Origin: a candidate division WOR-3 bacterium
Lineage (GTDB): Bacteria > Hydrothermota > Tepidihabitantia > Tepidihabitantales > Tepidihabitantaceae
Reading direction: 5' to 3'
Length of the DNA stretch: 40,894 bases
Assembly: GCA_037441285.1 (NCBI GenBank)
Contig: JBBISL010000018.1
Span: forward strand, 1 to 40,894
In this document: piece after piece, positions 19,174-27,700 of the stretch
Layout of the letters: each line of letters starts with the position of its first letter
Position numbering within the stretch: position 1 is the first letter of the stretch
Program-made: the position numbers and the translations under genes
The notes under the pieces: generated by a model
Databases searched by the model: none
Told to the model about the DNA's origin: nothing
The model's input: only the letters and a program-made list of their open reading frames with translations

Positions 19174-20473
19174 AACGGCGCGGGCGTTTCTTGACTCACT
19201 GGTAAATTACGAAAAGAAAACACTGGTTCGGAACGAGTTTAAACTTGATAACATCCGGCGTCTGCTGGAACTTGCCGGCAACCCTCAGAGACAGCTCAAC
19301 AATGTGGTTCTGATTGCCGGGACCAAGGGTAAAGGTTCGGTGGCTTATATGGTTGAAGCCGGTTTGCGGGGGTGCGGGTTTCGGACCGGGCTTTTTGTTT
19401 CCCCCCATGTGGTTTCGGTTCGGGAGCGGATTCAACTCAATGGCGCGCCGATAACCAAAAAGAATTTTGCCCGTTTAGTAGAAAGATTTGAGCCGCTGGT
19501 CAAGCGTCAGAGGGTCAGTTATTTTGAGCTGCTGACGGCAATGGCGTTTGACTTTTTTGCCCGTGCCCGGGTTGATTATGCGGTTATTGAAGTCGGGCTG
19601 GGCGGCAGGCTGGATGCGACCAATCTGTCGGAACCAGTGGTTTCGGTGATTACGAGAATCGGTTATGACCATATTAAGGTCCTCGGTGGCACACTGCGAA
19701 AAATCGCAAGGGAAAAGGCGGGTGTAATGCGTGCCGGGAAACCGGTTGTGATTGGGTCGCAATTTGCTGAGGCGAGACAGGAACTGGAGGTTCAGGCTCG
19801 TAAAGTTGGGGCGATTCCTTTCTGGGTTGATGAGCGGTCACGGGTCTGGGATGAGAGTGTGGGCGAGGGCGGTATTGGTTTTTCCTGCTGGACCGAGTTG
19901 GGAGGCGGCAGGGTGAATCTCAACCTTCTGGGCCGGCATCAAATTGAGAACTGCCGGACCGCATTAACCGTGCTCGGGGTTCTGGCAAAAAGCGACGGAC
20001 GGATTAGATTTGAACCGGCGGTTCAGGGGTTATCAAAGGTTGTGATTCCGGCGCGCTGCCAGGTTATTCGCACAAATCCGCTGTTGATTGTTGACTCCTG
20101 CCACAATCCCGAGTCCGGAGGGGCGCTTGCCGGTGTGATTCGGGAGTATTTAAAGGATAAGGTGGTTTTAATCTACGGCTCACTCCGGGGTAAACTGGTT
20201 AAAAAAACGATAGCGCCGTTCGCACCTTTCACCGATACCGCAATTGTTGTTGCACCCGATTCACCGCGGGCGCTGAACCCATTGGTACTCAAAGGGGTGT
20301 TTCGGCGACTTGGGGTCCTTGCCGAAACGGCACCAGATTTGAAAGCGGCGCTGAGGCGAGCCGAAGAGCTTTCTGCGGGCAGGTTGCCGATTGTTGTTGC
20401 CGGGTCGTTTTACCTTGCCGGCGCGGTGCTGGCTCTTTTAAGTTCCCCCAAAGTAGCAAAACGGAATGCTTGA
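19163..20473 (+). CDS. folC: Folylpolyglutamate synthase / dihydrofolate synthase
   Basis: AGTKGKGS, SPH, ERI, EVGLGGRLDATN, IAREKAG, DSCHNP, GSFYLAG. GTG 19163 follows SD AGGAGG. Confidence 0.95.
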   Translation: MTYKTARAFLDSLVNYEKKTLVRNEFKLDNIRRLLELAGNPQRQLNNVVLIAGTKGKGSVAYMVEAGLRGCGFRTGLFVSPHVVSVRERIQLNGAPITKKNFARLVERFEPLVKRQRVSYFELLTAMAFDFFARARVDYAVIEVGLGGRLDATNLSEPVVSVITRIGYDHIKVLGGTLRKIAREKAGVMRAGKPVVIGSQFAEARQELEVQARKVGAIPFWVDERSRVWDESVGEGGIGFSCWTELGGGRVNLNLLGRHQIENCRTALTVLGVLAKSDGRIRFEPAVQGLSKVVIPARCQVIRTNPLLIVDSCHNPESGGALAGVIREYLKDKVVLIYGSLRGKLVKKTIAPFAPFTDTAIVVAPDSPRALNPLVLKGVFRRLGVLAETAPDLKAALRRAEELSAGRLPIVVAGSFYLAGAVLALLSSPKVAKRNA

Positions 20474-20498
20474 CATTTAGAAGTCTCATTTTTATAAT
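20470..20498 (+). promoter_or_regulatory. Perfect-consensus sigma70 promoter (leaderless)
   Basis: TTGACA-17nt-TATAAT, 5 nt before ATG 20504. No SD. Confidence 0.88.
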
Positions 20499-20503
20499 TA
20501 GTT

Positions 20504-20725
20504 ATGCCAATTAGAGAGTTCTGTTGCGGCTCCTGCGGTAAGGTGTTTGAGGAGCTGATTCGGAATGAGGAAGAGGAAAAGGGTTTAGTCTGCCCCGATT
20601 GCGGGAGCAGCCAGATTTCAAGGGTTTTTTCCGTGTTCGGTGTTGCCGGAGCGGAAAAGAAGGTGCAGTCTACCAGTAAGGGCTGCAGTAGTTGCAGTTC
20701 TCATAAGTGTAGTAGTTGCTCATAG
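20504..20725 (+). CDS. FmdB-family zinc-ribbon protein (CxxC_CxxC_SSSS)
   Basis: MPIREFCCGSCG..FE..CPDCGS..SRVFS, with a Cys/Ser-rich tail. Confidence 0.9.
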   Translation: MPIREFCCGSCGKVFEELIRNEEEEKGLVCPDCGSSQISRVFSVFGVAGAEKKVQSTSKGCSSCSSHKCSSCS

Positions 20726-20737
20726 GAGGGAGCGAAT

Positions 20738-21034
20738 ATGACGATAACGAAAGCCGATATTGTTGAGAACATCTCCCGTCAGATGGCACCGAATATTACC
20801 AAGCGCGATGTCGGAAGAATTGTCCAGTTGTTTATTGAGGAGTTGTGTCGCGCACTTCAGGAGGGTAACCGAGTTGAAATCAGAGGGTTTGGTGTTCTGT
20901 CAACCAAACTGCGCAAGCCCAAGGTTGCCCGAAATCCAAGAACCAAGGCGACGGTAAACATTCCACCCCGGCGCGTGCCGGTATTTAAAGCATCGCGTCT
21001 TTTGAAGGCAAATTTGATGAAGGGTGGCGTGTAG
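20738..21034 (+). CDS. HU/IHF-family DNA-binding protein
   Basis: TKADIV, VEIRGFG, ARNPRT, PVFKAS. SD AGGAGG. Confidence 0.96.
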   Translation: MTITKADIVENISRQMAPNITKRDVGRIVQLFIEELCRALQEGNRVEIRGFGVLSTKLRKPKVARNPRTKATVNIPPRRVPVFKASRLLKANLMKGGV

Positions 21035-21057
21035 TAATAAGGTAAAAAGGAGCGTTG

Positions 21058-21153
21058 ATGCCCTGCGGTCGGAAGCGTAAATTACGGAAAATCAAAAGGC
21101 ACAAGTACAAGAAGCGTCGTAAGGCACTGCGCCACAAAAAGAAAATTCGTTAA
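21058..21153 (+). CDS. 31-aa basic protein, AURKAIP1/COX24 (bS22/mS38-like) family; absent from the ORF track
   Basis: Translates as MPCGRKRKLRKIKRHKYKKRRKALRHKKKIR. SD AAGGAG upstream, hairpin downstream. Confidence 0.88.
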   Translation: MPCGRKRKLRKIKRHKYKKRRKALRHKKKIR

Positions 21154-21156
21154 AAA

Positions 21157-21200
21157 CGGCTGAGACCATTCAGCCGGGCTTTACGCGGCAGCGCGCGTAA
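21157..21200 (+). terminator. Tandem hairpins, the first a probable intrinsic terminator
   Basis: CGGCTGA/TCAGCCG stem followed by GGCTTT, then a TTACGCG/CGCGTAA stem. Confidence 0.55.
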
Positions 21201-21209
21201 TTAAATTGT

Positions 21210-22505
21210 ATGAACCTTGCCAGCGGGCGAAGTAACGCGGTTTTAATCTTTCTTGAGCTGCTTTTGCTTTTTATCGTTATCGCCCTGCTGCGGCTTTTTT
21301 TTGTTCCTTTTTCCATCGGCGTAACTACGGTGGGGATGGTCTGGTTTCTGCTGGCGCTTGCCAGTTATCTGGTTGGTGAGTTTGAGTCCACGGCGCGTGC
21401 CAACTACGGGTTAACAATCCGAACGCAGGCGGCTTTTGCCCTAACTTATGTGTCTTACAGTGTTGTCCATTCGGTCTGGTCCTGGTGTGAACCGCTCACG
21501 GTAAAGTTCTGGTTGCTGCTGTGGTGTTATCTAACTTTTCTGGCGCCGTTAATCGGGGTTGTGCTCCGGCGGCTTGCACCCCAGAGGGTGCTTTTTGTTA
21601 CCGATTTTAACCGGGATAAGGTCCGCCTTTTACGCTGGTGGGGTTTTCACAGTGTCGAGACGGTCCTGATTGAAGATTTAGAGCGGTGGATGAAGGCTAA
21701 TAGTGATAAGATAGGTAGAATCGATAAGGTTGATTTAATAGTTGTTGATATCACCGACCCGAAGACCGAATACCTCGTTAGCCAGGTGGCACCGCGTTAC
21801 TTTGTGGACTTTGTGGGCATTTCTTCATTTCGGATGTCCGCCTATTTTCTCGGTCCTCATCCCCGGCCGGTTGGTCCGTTTGTGCCTTACAGTATTGGCC
21901 GCCGTTTGAAGCGGATTGTTGACCTGTTACTCTCATTACTTGTTCTGTTGATTCTCGGGCTGCCGATGCTCTTGGTTGCCCTGCTCGTCAAACTGACCAG
22001 CCCGGGTCCAGTTTTTTATAAACATCGCCGGTTAGGCAGAAATATGCAACAGTTTTACTTGCTGAAATTCCGGACGATGTATAAAGATGCCGAACAGCGG
22101 CTTGAGGAGATTTTAAAAAATGACCCGGTGAAGCGGGCGGAGTTTGAGCAGACATTCAAGTTGAAAGACGACCCGAGGGTAACACCGCTGGGTCGCTTTT
22201 TGCGCAAGTTCAGCATTGATGAACTTCCTCAGTTGCTCAATGTCCTGATTGGTCAGATGAGTCTGGTGGGACCAAGGCCCATTGTCGAGAAGGAGGTCGG
22301 TTACTACCAGGACTACTCACTGCTCTTGTTTCGGGTTCCGCCCGGACTCACCGGGCTCTGGCAGGTTTCGGGCAGAACCGACACCGCTTATGAGGAGCGG
22401 GTCAAACTTGACACCCGCTATGTGCGGGAGTGGACACTTTTCGGCGACCTTGTCATAATCCTGAAAACGGTGCCGGCGGTTCTTTCCCGGCGTGGTGCCT
22501 ACTGA
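21210..22505 (+). CDS. Polyprenyl-phosphate sugar-1-phosphate transferase (WbaP/WcaJ-type priming transferase)
   Basis: N-terminal TM helices. LKRIVD, KFRTM, DDPRVT, SIDELPQLLNVLIGQMSLVGPRP, PGLTGLWQVSGR. Confidence 0.93.
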   Translation: MNLASGRSNAVLIFLELLLLFIVIALLRLFFVPFSIGVTTVGMVWFLLALASYLVGEFESTARANYGLTIRTQAAFALTYVSYSVVHSVWSWCEPLTVKFWLLLWCYLTFLAPLIGVVLRRLAPQRVLFVTDFNRDKVRLLRWWGFHSVETVLIEDLERWMKANSDKIGRIDKVDLIVVDITDPKTEYLVSQVAPRYFVDFVGISSFRMSAYFLGPHPRPVGPFVPYSIGRRLKRIVDLLLSLLVLLILGLPMLLVALLVKLTSPGPVFYKHRRLGRNMQQFYLLKFRTMYKDAEQRLEEILKNDPVKRAEFEQTFKLKDDPRVTPLGRFLRKFSIDELPQLLNVLIGQMSLVGPRPIVEKEVGYYQDYSLLLFRVPPGLTGLWQVSGRTDTAYEERVKLDTRYVREWTLFGDLVIILKTVPAVLSRRGAY

Positions 22506-22565
22506 TTTGAGGTAAATGGGTGTTGTCCGGGCAAAAAGGTTGGGCAAAGAAGAAAAGGAGGCAGG

Positions 22566-23483
22566 ATGATTGTTCTTGAACCGGCAGACCTTGCGGCGCT
22601 GAGAATTGCCGAGGTTAGGGGCTGGTTTCCGGATGAGGCGGATTTAAAGCCAGCAGGATTAAACGAAGATGAGTATCGGCGCCGGCTGGAGCAATTGGTG
22701 AAAAACGGGCTTATCCGTTCGTTCCACCTGACGCTGGTGGTGCCACCTTTGTTGGGCGGTAACTGGGTGATGGGTGCTTTGCAGATTAAGAGTGATGAGC
22801 CGCGAACGCTTGTTGAAAGTATTGTTAGCCGGCTACCATTTGTTACCGAGATTTTTATCAACGCCGCTTTGCCTTCGGGTGTCGGGCATAACCTCGCGCT
22901 GGTTTTCTACTCGCGCGATTTTGAGAATGAGACCCGATTTATCCAGACCTTTAGCGCCAGTTCTGAGGTTGAGGTTTTTCGGGTCCAGGAGTACACATTT
23001 CCGGTCTCGATGCCGCTGACTCGCGAGGAGCGGGCGTTTGTGCAGTTTCTCTATCAGAACCCGGCACTGCCCCGAACTGAGATTGCCCGGGCGTTTGGTC
23101 AGAGTGAAAACTGGATAAAGGCGAAACTGTCCCGCCTGTTCTGGACGGCAAACAACCCTACGGGTATCGTGCGAATTCAACCGAGTATCGACTGGACCGT
23201 TTGCGCCAACTTTGGCCATTTCCATTTTCTGCTTGAGACCGGACACCGGCCTGAGGTGCTGAAAAAACTGATTGAGGACAACGGTTTTGAACTGGTGCTG
23301 GGAGGCAGGTTGGTCAATCGCCGCTATGTTGAGGTTGAGTCTGATGTCTGGGGTGTTGCCGACCTGTTAGCGCGGGTGGCGTTTCTTGACAGAATTAACG
23401 GGGTGCGCGTTGCCGGGGTCGTTCACAACCAGGAGATTGTAATCAATGACCGGTGGGTAAAAAATATCGTTTCCCTTACCTGA
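22566..23483 (+). CDS. Tandem Lrp/AsnC-like protein (two wHTH + RAM-like repeats)
   Basis: YRRRLEQLVKNGLIRSF and LTREERAFVQFLYQNPALPRTEIARAFGQSENWIKAKLSRL are both HTH-like. SD AAGGAGG. Confidence 0.65.
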   Translation: MIVLEPADLAALRIAEVRGWFPDEADLKPAGLNEDEYRRRLEQLVKNGLIRSFHLTLVVPPLLGGNWVMGALQIKSDEPRTLVESIVSRLPFVTEIFINAALPSGVGHNLALVFYSRDFENETRFIQTFSASSEVEVFRVQEYTFPVSMPLTREERAFVQFLYQNPALPRTEIARAFGQSENWIKAKLSRLFWTANNPTGIVRIQPSIDWTVCANFGHFHFLLETGHRPEVLKKLIEDNGFELVLGGRLVNRRYVEVESDVWGVADLLARVAFLDRINGVRVAGVVHNQEIVINDRWVKNIVSLT

Positions 23484-25758
23484 TGAGGACAATCTTTCCC
23501 CATTGCGGGTTTGTGTTCAAACCTTTGATTTGGTACAGATAAACTCCACTGGGCAGTTTTTTCCCGGAGTCGTCGGTATAGTGCCAGTAGAAATGCCGGT
23601 TGCGAGATTCGATGCGGGTAACCTGTCTGCCATCTGGTGTCCAGATTTGCATTACACTCTGGGGTGGCACTATCAAAAAGGAAAACCGGCTGTTGTGTAA
23701 ACCGGGATAGCGGTCGCGCACCTCCCTTGCCTTAATTTGTTCGGGCGGTTCGGCGATGCCGATGGGCAAACCCTCAATTCCACCCCGGACTACCAGCGCG
23801 TAAGGCTGACGCGGGGTATAGACATTGCGGGCATAGATGCGGATTTTCCAGACGCCGGCAAGGGGCCGCGCAATGCGAATCACTTCCTCAACATTCCTTT
23901 CGTCCCAATCGGTCGGGTTGGGAACCGACTGGCTGTGGTAAATCTGATTTCCCCGATACCGGTTGCCATCCGGACTTATCGCCTCTAAGTTCAGGTCATT
24001 GACTAAAGCGATTTCGGCGTTAGGCAGTGCCGCGGTGTCGGTCCAGGCAAGGGTGATAAACAGCGGCTCGCGCCGGTCTAAAACAATTTCGTACTCATCA
24101 AACTGTCCGGTTTCCAAACCGAGCGAGTCGTCAACAAAGGTTAATGCCAGTGAGTCGTCGGGCAGATGCATAATCCGGGACAGATTGAGCCTGCCCCAGC
24201 CGATGCGGTTGTCCGGAACTGTCCTACTGCCGACATTGGTGTCGGTGGCAGAGATGGCAAAGGCGCGCATCAGTGTCGCACTGGGTGCGTCAATACCTCT
24301 TTCCGGGTTCGGTCTGCCGGCTGGATACCAGCCCTCTTTGAGATACTGGCGGAGCAGAGTGAGGGCGCCGCTTACCGCCGGTGTAGCAAAACTGGTGCCT
24401 TCGCGGACGTGGTAGGTATTGACACCGGCACCGTAAACGGTAAAGATGCTGTCCGCGGGTGCCACGATGTTGGGTTTGACTCTTAAGTCCCGGGTTGGAC
24501 CGGCAGAAGAAAGGGAGTAGACCAGATTGCTCATCGTGCCGTTGCCGCAACCGCCCACGGTCAGGCAGTTTTTCGCACAGGCGGGATGGCCAATCCGATA
24601 CTGGGTTCCGGCACCATTACCCGCGGCCCAGACCACAAGAAACTTTTTATCCTGCCAGGTGACCGCATCAAGGGTAGCATCGGGCAGGGTGTAATATCCG
24701 GTCTCGTCCATTGAACCAAACGAACCGGACACCTGGCGTACCGGTTCGGGCATCCCATAACTGAGCCGAATTGAGTCGAGCATTTCGGTCATATCGTCAT
24801 CAAACAGGTACTGGCCACTGGCGGTGGCGATGTCAAGGAAGTAGATGCGGGCATCGGGCGCAACACCATCCAGGTCGCTTAAATTGCCGCAGGCGGAGTC
24901 GTTGCCCGCAAGGGTTCCGGCAACTGCCGAGCCGTGATAGACAACCGCGCTCGGGTCACCAAAAGCGGCGTTGCGGAACAGTTTGTAGGCAACGATTTTG
25001 CGGTGATTTAAATAGATGCCCGGGCTTTCCAGTGGCACCCAGGGGTCACGGAACATATCATGCTCGGTGATTATCCCTGAATCAAACAGTCCGACCACCA
25101 TACCCTGACCGCGCAGTCCCGCATTCCAGAAGCGGCGAAAGTTTTGACCCGGTTCTATCGGTCCAATTGAGTCCCAGCCGGTCTGGACAACCCATTGAAC
25201 ATCACGGTTGAACGGTTCGAACCGGTGCCGGCGTTCAACCCAAGAGACCGCATCAAGTTCAATTAACTGGCGTGCATTCAGGTTGGAAAGATTTAGGGGC
25301 TTTTTCTCTCCGGGCCAAAGGGCAAAGGACAGTTTGTCAACCGGGGTTGATGGTGCGACATCACGGCTTAACTTGTATTCGGGCAGAAAAGGTCCAAGCC
25401 CGTCAACAGAAATTTTAACGAGTTGAGGCAGGAGTTCATCAGGTGAACCGTTGTTCAAGTTCCGGACCACGACCGTTTGATAGGCGATGTAACAGACCGG
25501 CTCCAGACCAAGGCGGCGTAACCGGTAAAGAAACTCCTGCCGCACCGGTTGAGAAAAGTGGAGGAGCCAGTACCGGGCAGACGATTTCTGGTAGTTCAGA
25601 ACATCGGATGCAACCCTTAAAACGGTGCCGTTGGCAAAACGAATCTCATCGGCACCCGCATAGGGCTCTGGTGGAAAAGGTGCGGCGCTCTGAGTTTTAG
25701 TTATTCCGGGCCCGGTGAATGAAAGGAGCGCCCAACCGAGCCAAAGAAACAGGGTCAC
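23476..25758 (-). CDS. Secreted S8 subtilase (KP-43-like) with T9SS/FlgD-like C-terminal domain
   Basis: Signal peptide, triad DSG / HGSAVAG / GTSFATP, AAGN, KPNIVAP, LAWTD..NDLNL domain, C-terminal LPSGVYLY..KIVLIR. Confidence 0.93.
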   Translation of the reverse strand: MTLFLWLGWALLSFTGPGITKTQSAAPFPPEPYAGADEIRFANGTVLRVASDVLNYQKSSARYWLLHFSQPVRQEFLYRLRRLGLEPVCYIAYQTVVVRNLNNGSPDELLPQLVKISVDGLGPFLPEYKLSRDVAPSTPVDKLSFALWPGEKKPLNLSNLNARQLIELDAVSWVERRHRFEPFNRDVQWVVQTGWDSIGPIEPGQNFRRFWNAGLRGQGMVVGLFDSGIITEHDMFRDPWVPLESPGIYLNHRKIVAYKLFRNAAFGDPSAVVYHGSAVAGTLAGNDSACGNLSDLDGVAPDARIYFLDIATASGQYLFDDDMTEMLDSIRLSYGMPEPVRQVSGSFGSMDETGYYTLPDATLDAVTWQDKKFLVVWAAGNGAGTQYRIGHPACAKNCLTVGGCGNGTMSNLVYSLSSAGPTRDLRVKPNIVAPADSIFTVYGAGVNTYHVREGTSFATPAVSGALTLLRQYLKEGWYPAGRPNPERGIDAPSATLMRAFAISATDTNVGSRTVPDNRIGWGRLNLSRIMHLPDDSLALTFVDDSLGLETGQFDEYEIVLDRREPLFITLAWTDTAALPNAEIALVNDLNLEAISPDGNRYRGNQIYHSQSVPNPTDWDERNVEEVIRIARPLAGVWKIRIYARNVYTPRQPYALVVRGGIEGLPIGIAEPPEQIKAREVRDRYPGLHNSRFSFLIVPPQSVMQIWTPDGRQVTRIESRNRHFYWHYTDDSGKKLPSGVYLYQIKGLNTNPQWGKIVLIR

Positions 25759-26828
25759 AATTTAAGGATTTCAACAATCGCCGCGGTCACCGCCTCCATA
25801 TCTTTCATTGTCAGGTCGCCCATATGGGCAATCCGGAAGGTTTTCTCCTTCAGGTCGCCGTAACCGTTGGAGATTTGCATTCCCCGCTCACCGAGCGCGC
25901 TGTTCAAATCCTTGACGCTGATGCCCCGGGTGTTGGTCACGGTGGTCAATGTCACCGACTCATAACCCGGTTCGGGAAAGACGGCGAAGTACTTATTTGC
26001 CCACTCCCGGGTGAACTGCGCCATCTTCAGGTGGCGCTGATAGCGGTTTTCCATCCCTTCGGCAAGGATGGCGTCTAACTGAACATCAAGCGCCCAGAAA
26101 AGCGAAACCGCGGGCGTGGTCGGGGTCTGCTTGTCCTTTTCGTACCGTTTGAGCATCGCCTCAAAATCAAAGTAGTAACCGCGGTCCGGATTGTTCCGGC
26201 ACTTCTCCATCGCCCGGGCTGAGACGATGGCAACGGCAAGACCGGGCGGCAGAGCGACGCACTTCTGGCTGGAGGCGACGACCACATCCAGACCCAGTTC
26301 GTCAATGTCAAACCAGTCGCCCATCAAACTGGAAACCGCATCCACCAGTATCAAAACATCCGGATACTTACTGCGTACCATCCGGGCAATCTCTTCAATC
26401 GGCGAACGAACCCCGGTTGAAGTTTCATTCTGGGTAATCGTGACCGCCTCAAACCCGCCTCGGGCAAGTGCCTGGTCCACCATCTCCGGTTTTATCGCCT
26501 TGCCCCATTCCACGCGCACCGCCTCGGGCTCCTTACCGCAAGCCTGGGAGATTTTGAACCACCGGTCCGAGAAGGCGCCATTGACGCAGTGCAGCACCTT
26601 GCGCCGCACCACATTCCGAATGGTGCCTTCCATCAACCCGGTGCCGGATGCGGTCCACCAGAACACATAATTCTTGGCCTTCAAAATTTTCTGGGTCTTT
26701 TCAATGCACCGGGCGTTCAGGTCACCAAACTCCTTAGAGCGGTGGCCAATCATCCATTTTGCCTGTGCCTTAAGCACCTCTTCCCGGACTTCGGTTGGAC
26801 CGGGAACAAAAAGTTTTTTATGGCTCAT
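25755..26828 (-). CDS. Class V PLP aminotransferase (serine-pyruvate / alanine-glyoxylate family)
   Basis: PGPTE, GHRS, SGTG, NETSTG, VDAVSS, SSQK (PLP Lys), FRIAHMG. Confidence 0.93.
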   Translation of the reverse strand: MSHKKLFVPGPTEVREEVLKAQAKWMIGHRSKEFGDLNARCIEKTQKILKAKNYVFWWTASGTGLMEGTIRNVVRRKVLHCVNGAFSDRWFKISQACGKEPEAVRVEWGKAIKPEMVDQALARGGFEAVTITQNETSTGVRSPIEEIARMVRSKYPDVLILVDAVSSLMGDWFDIDELGLDVVVASSQKCVALPPGLAVAIVSARAMEKCRNNPDRGYYFDFEAMLKRYEKDKQTPTTPAVSLFWALDVQLDAILAEGMENRYQRHLKMAQFTREWANKYFAVFPEPGYESVTLTTVTNTRGISVKDLNSALGERGMQISNGYGDLKEKTFRIAHMGDLTMKDMEAVTAAIVEILKL

Positions 26829-27241
26829 TTATCCTCCTTAAAGGTTGAGTTGCTTACTACCTGAACAAAACAGGTCCGCGTGCGCGGACCGTCAAACTCA
26901 CAAAAAAATATCCCCTGCCATCGACCCAGATGCAGTTTGCCGTTTTCCACCGGAATCGCCTGACTGGTGCCGACCAGTACCGACTTGATATGGGCATCGG
27001 CATTACCTTCGGTGTGCTGGTAATGGGCATCGGGCGGGACAAGTTTTGAGAGGGTGCGGGTAATGTCCTCGGCAACATCCGGGTCATAACTTTCGTTTAC
27101 GCAGATGCCGGCGGTGGTGTGGGGCACATAGACAAAACAGACCCCGTTGGAAACTCCGGTTTTGGCAACCGCATCCTGAACCAGGGCAGTGATGTCAACA
27201 AGTTCGGTGCGGCGGTGGGTCTTAACCGTAATGGAAATCAT
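26825..27241 (-). CDS. yjbQ: YjbQ/UPF0047 family protein
   Basis: PHTTAG..NE, H.EGNADAHIK, LGRWQGIFFCEFDGPR. Confidence 0.95.
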   Translation of the reverse strand: MISITVKTHRRTELVDITALVQDAVAKTGVSNGVCFVYVPHTTAGICVNESYDPDVAEDITRTLSKLVPPDAHYQHTEGNADAHIKSVLVGTSQAIPVENGKLHLGRWQGIFFCEFDGPRTRTCFVQVVSNSTFKEDK

Positions 27242-27251
27242 ACCCTTACTT

Positions 27252-27279
27252 ATATTAGCCGAGATTAAGTTTCAGTCAA
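27252..27279 (-). promoter_or_regulatory. Sigma70-type promoter of the yjbQ operon
   Basis: Minus strand TTGACT-16nt-TAATAT, 10 nt before the ATG. Confidence 0.6.
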
Positions 27280-27297
27280 TACCAGCACCCGCGGCCG

Positions 27298-27520
27298 AAC
27301 TGTGGCAAGTCCGGATGAAGCCACCTTTACTCCAACACGGGGACTGAGAACCGGTGCCGGCGCCGATTTCAACTCAAAAATGGTCTAAAAAATGGTGCGG
27401 AAAAGCGCATAACGACCAAAATCCCATACCATCCCGGAAACTACCCCGGGGTTGGGTAGGGAAAATGCGGTCAAAACAATTTAACACGCTAAATTACAGA
27501 AACTTATGCCATCACACCCC
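27298..27520 (+). repeat. Unknown intergenic element, copy A (diverged match to 40493-40645 on the minus strand)
   Basis: Collinear shared blocks AACTG, AAGCCACC, ACACGG, GACT, TTGGGTAGGGAA, TGCG, TTAACA, GAAAC, CACCCC. Aligned by eye. Confidence 0.55.
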
Positions 27521-27530
27521 AATTTTGCTG

Positions 27531-27546
27531 TATACTTTAAAGTATA
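27531..27546. promoter_or_regulatory. Perfect 16-bp palindrome, candidate operator
   Basis: TATACTTTAAAGTATA is its own reverse complement. It lies about 85 bp upstream of the macrodomain -35. Confidence 0.5.
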
Positions 27547-27630
27547 AATTTTTCGGGTGTTTTTCTCTTAGGCACCCAGAAATTTGCCGGTGAGGAAGTC
27601 AGAAGCCGGTATTGGGGAAATGCCGGTTTA

Positions 27631-27660
27631 TTGACAGCAGGTACAGTTACACTTTATAAT
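27631..27660 (+). promoter_or_regulatory. Sigma70 promoter of the macrodomain operon
   Basis: TTGACA-18nt-TATAAT, 40 nt before ATG 27701. Confidence 0.75.
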
Positions 27661-27700
27661 AGAACTGCCTAATTTTTGCTTGGATTAAAAAAGGGTTGCT

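Noticed and set aside
27354..27593. 79-aa ORF in the yjbQ-macrodomain intergenic region
   Set aside because: GTG start without SD, runs through palindromes and the repeat element, and has no protein-like features.
27280..27630. Known riboswitch, tRNA, SRP, tmRNA or RNase P RNA in the large intergenic regions (also 40446-40709)
   Set aside because: No hallmark motifs recognised by eye, and both regions lie upstream of the flanking promoters rather than in 5' UTRs. An Rfam scan is still needed.
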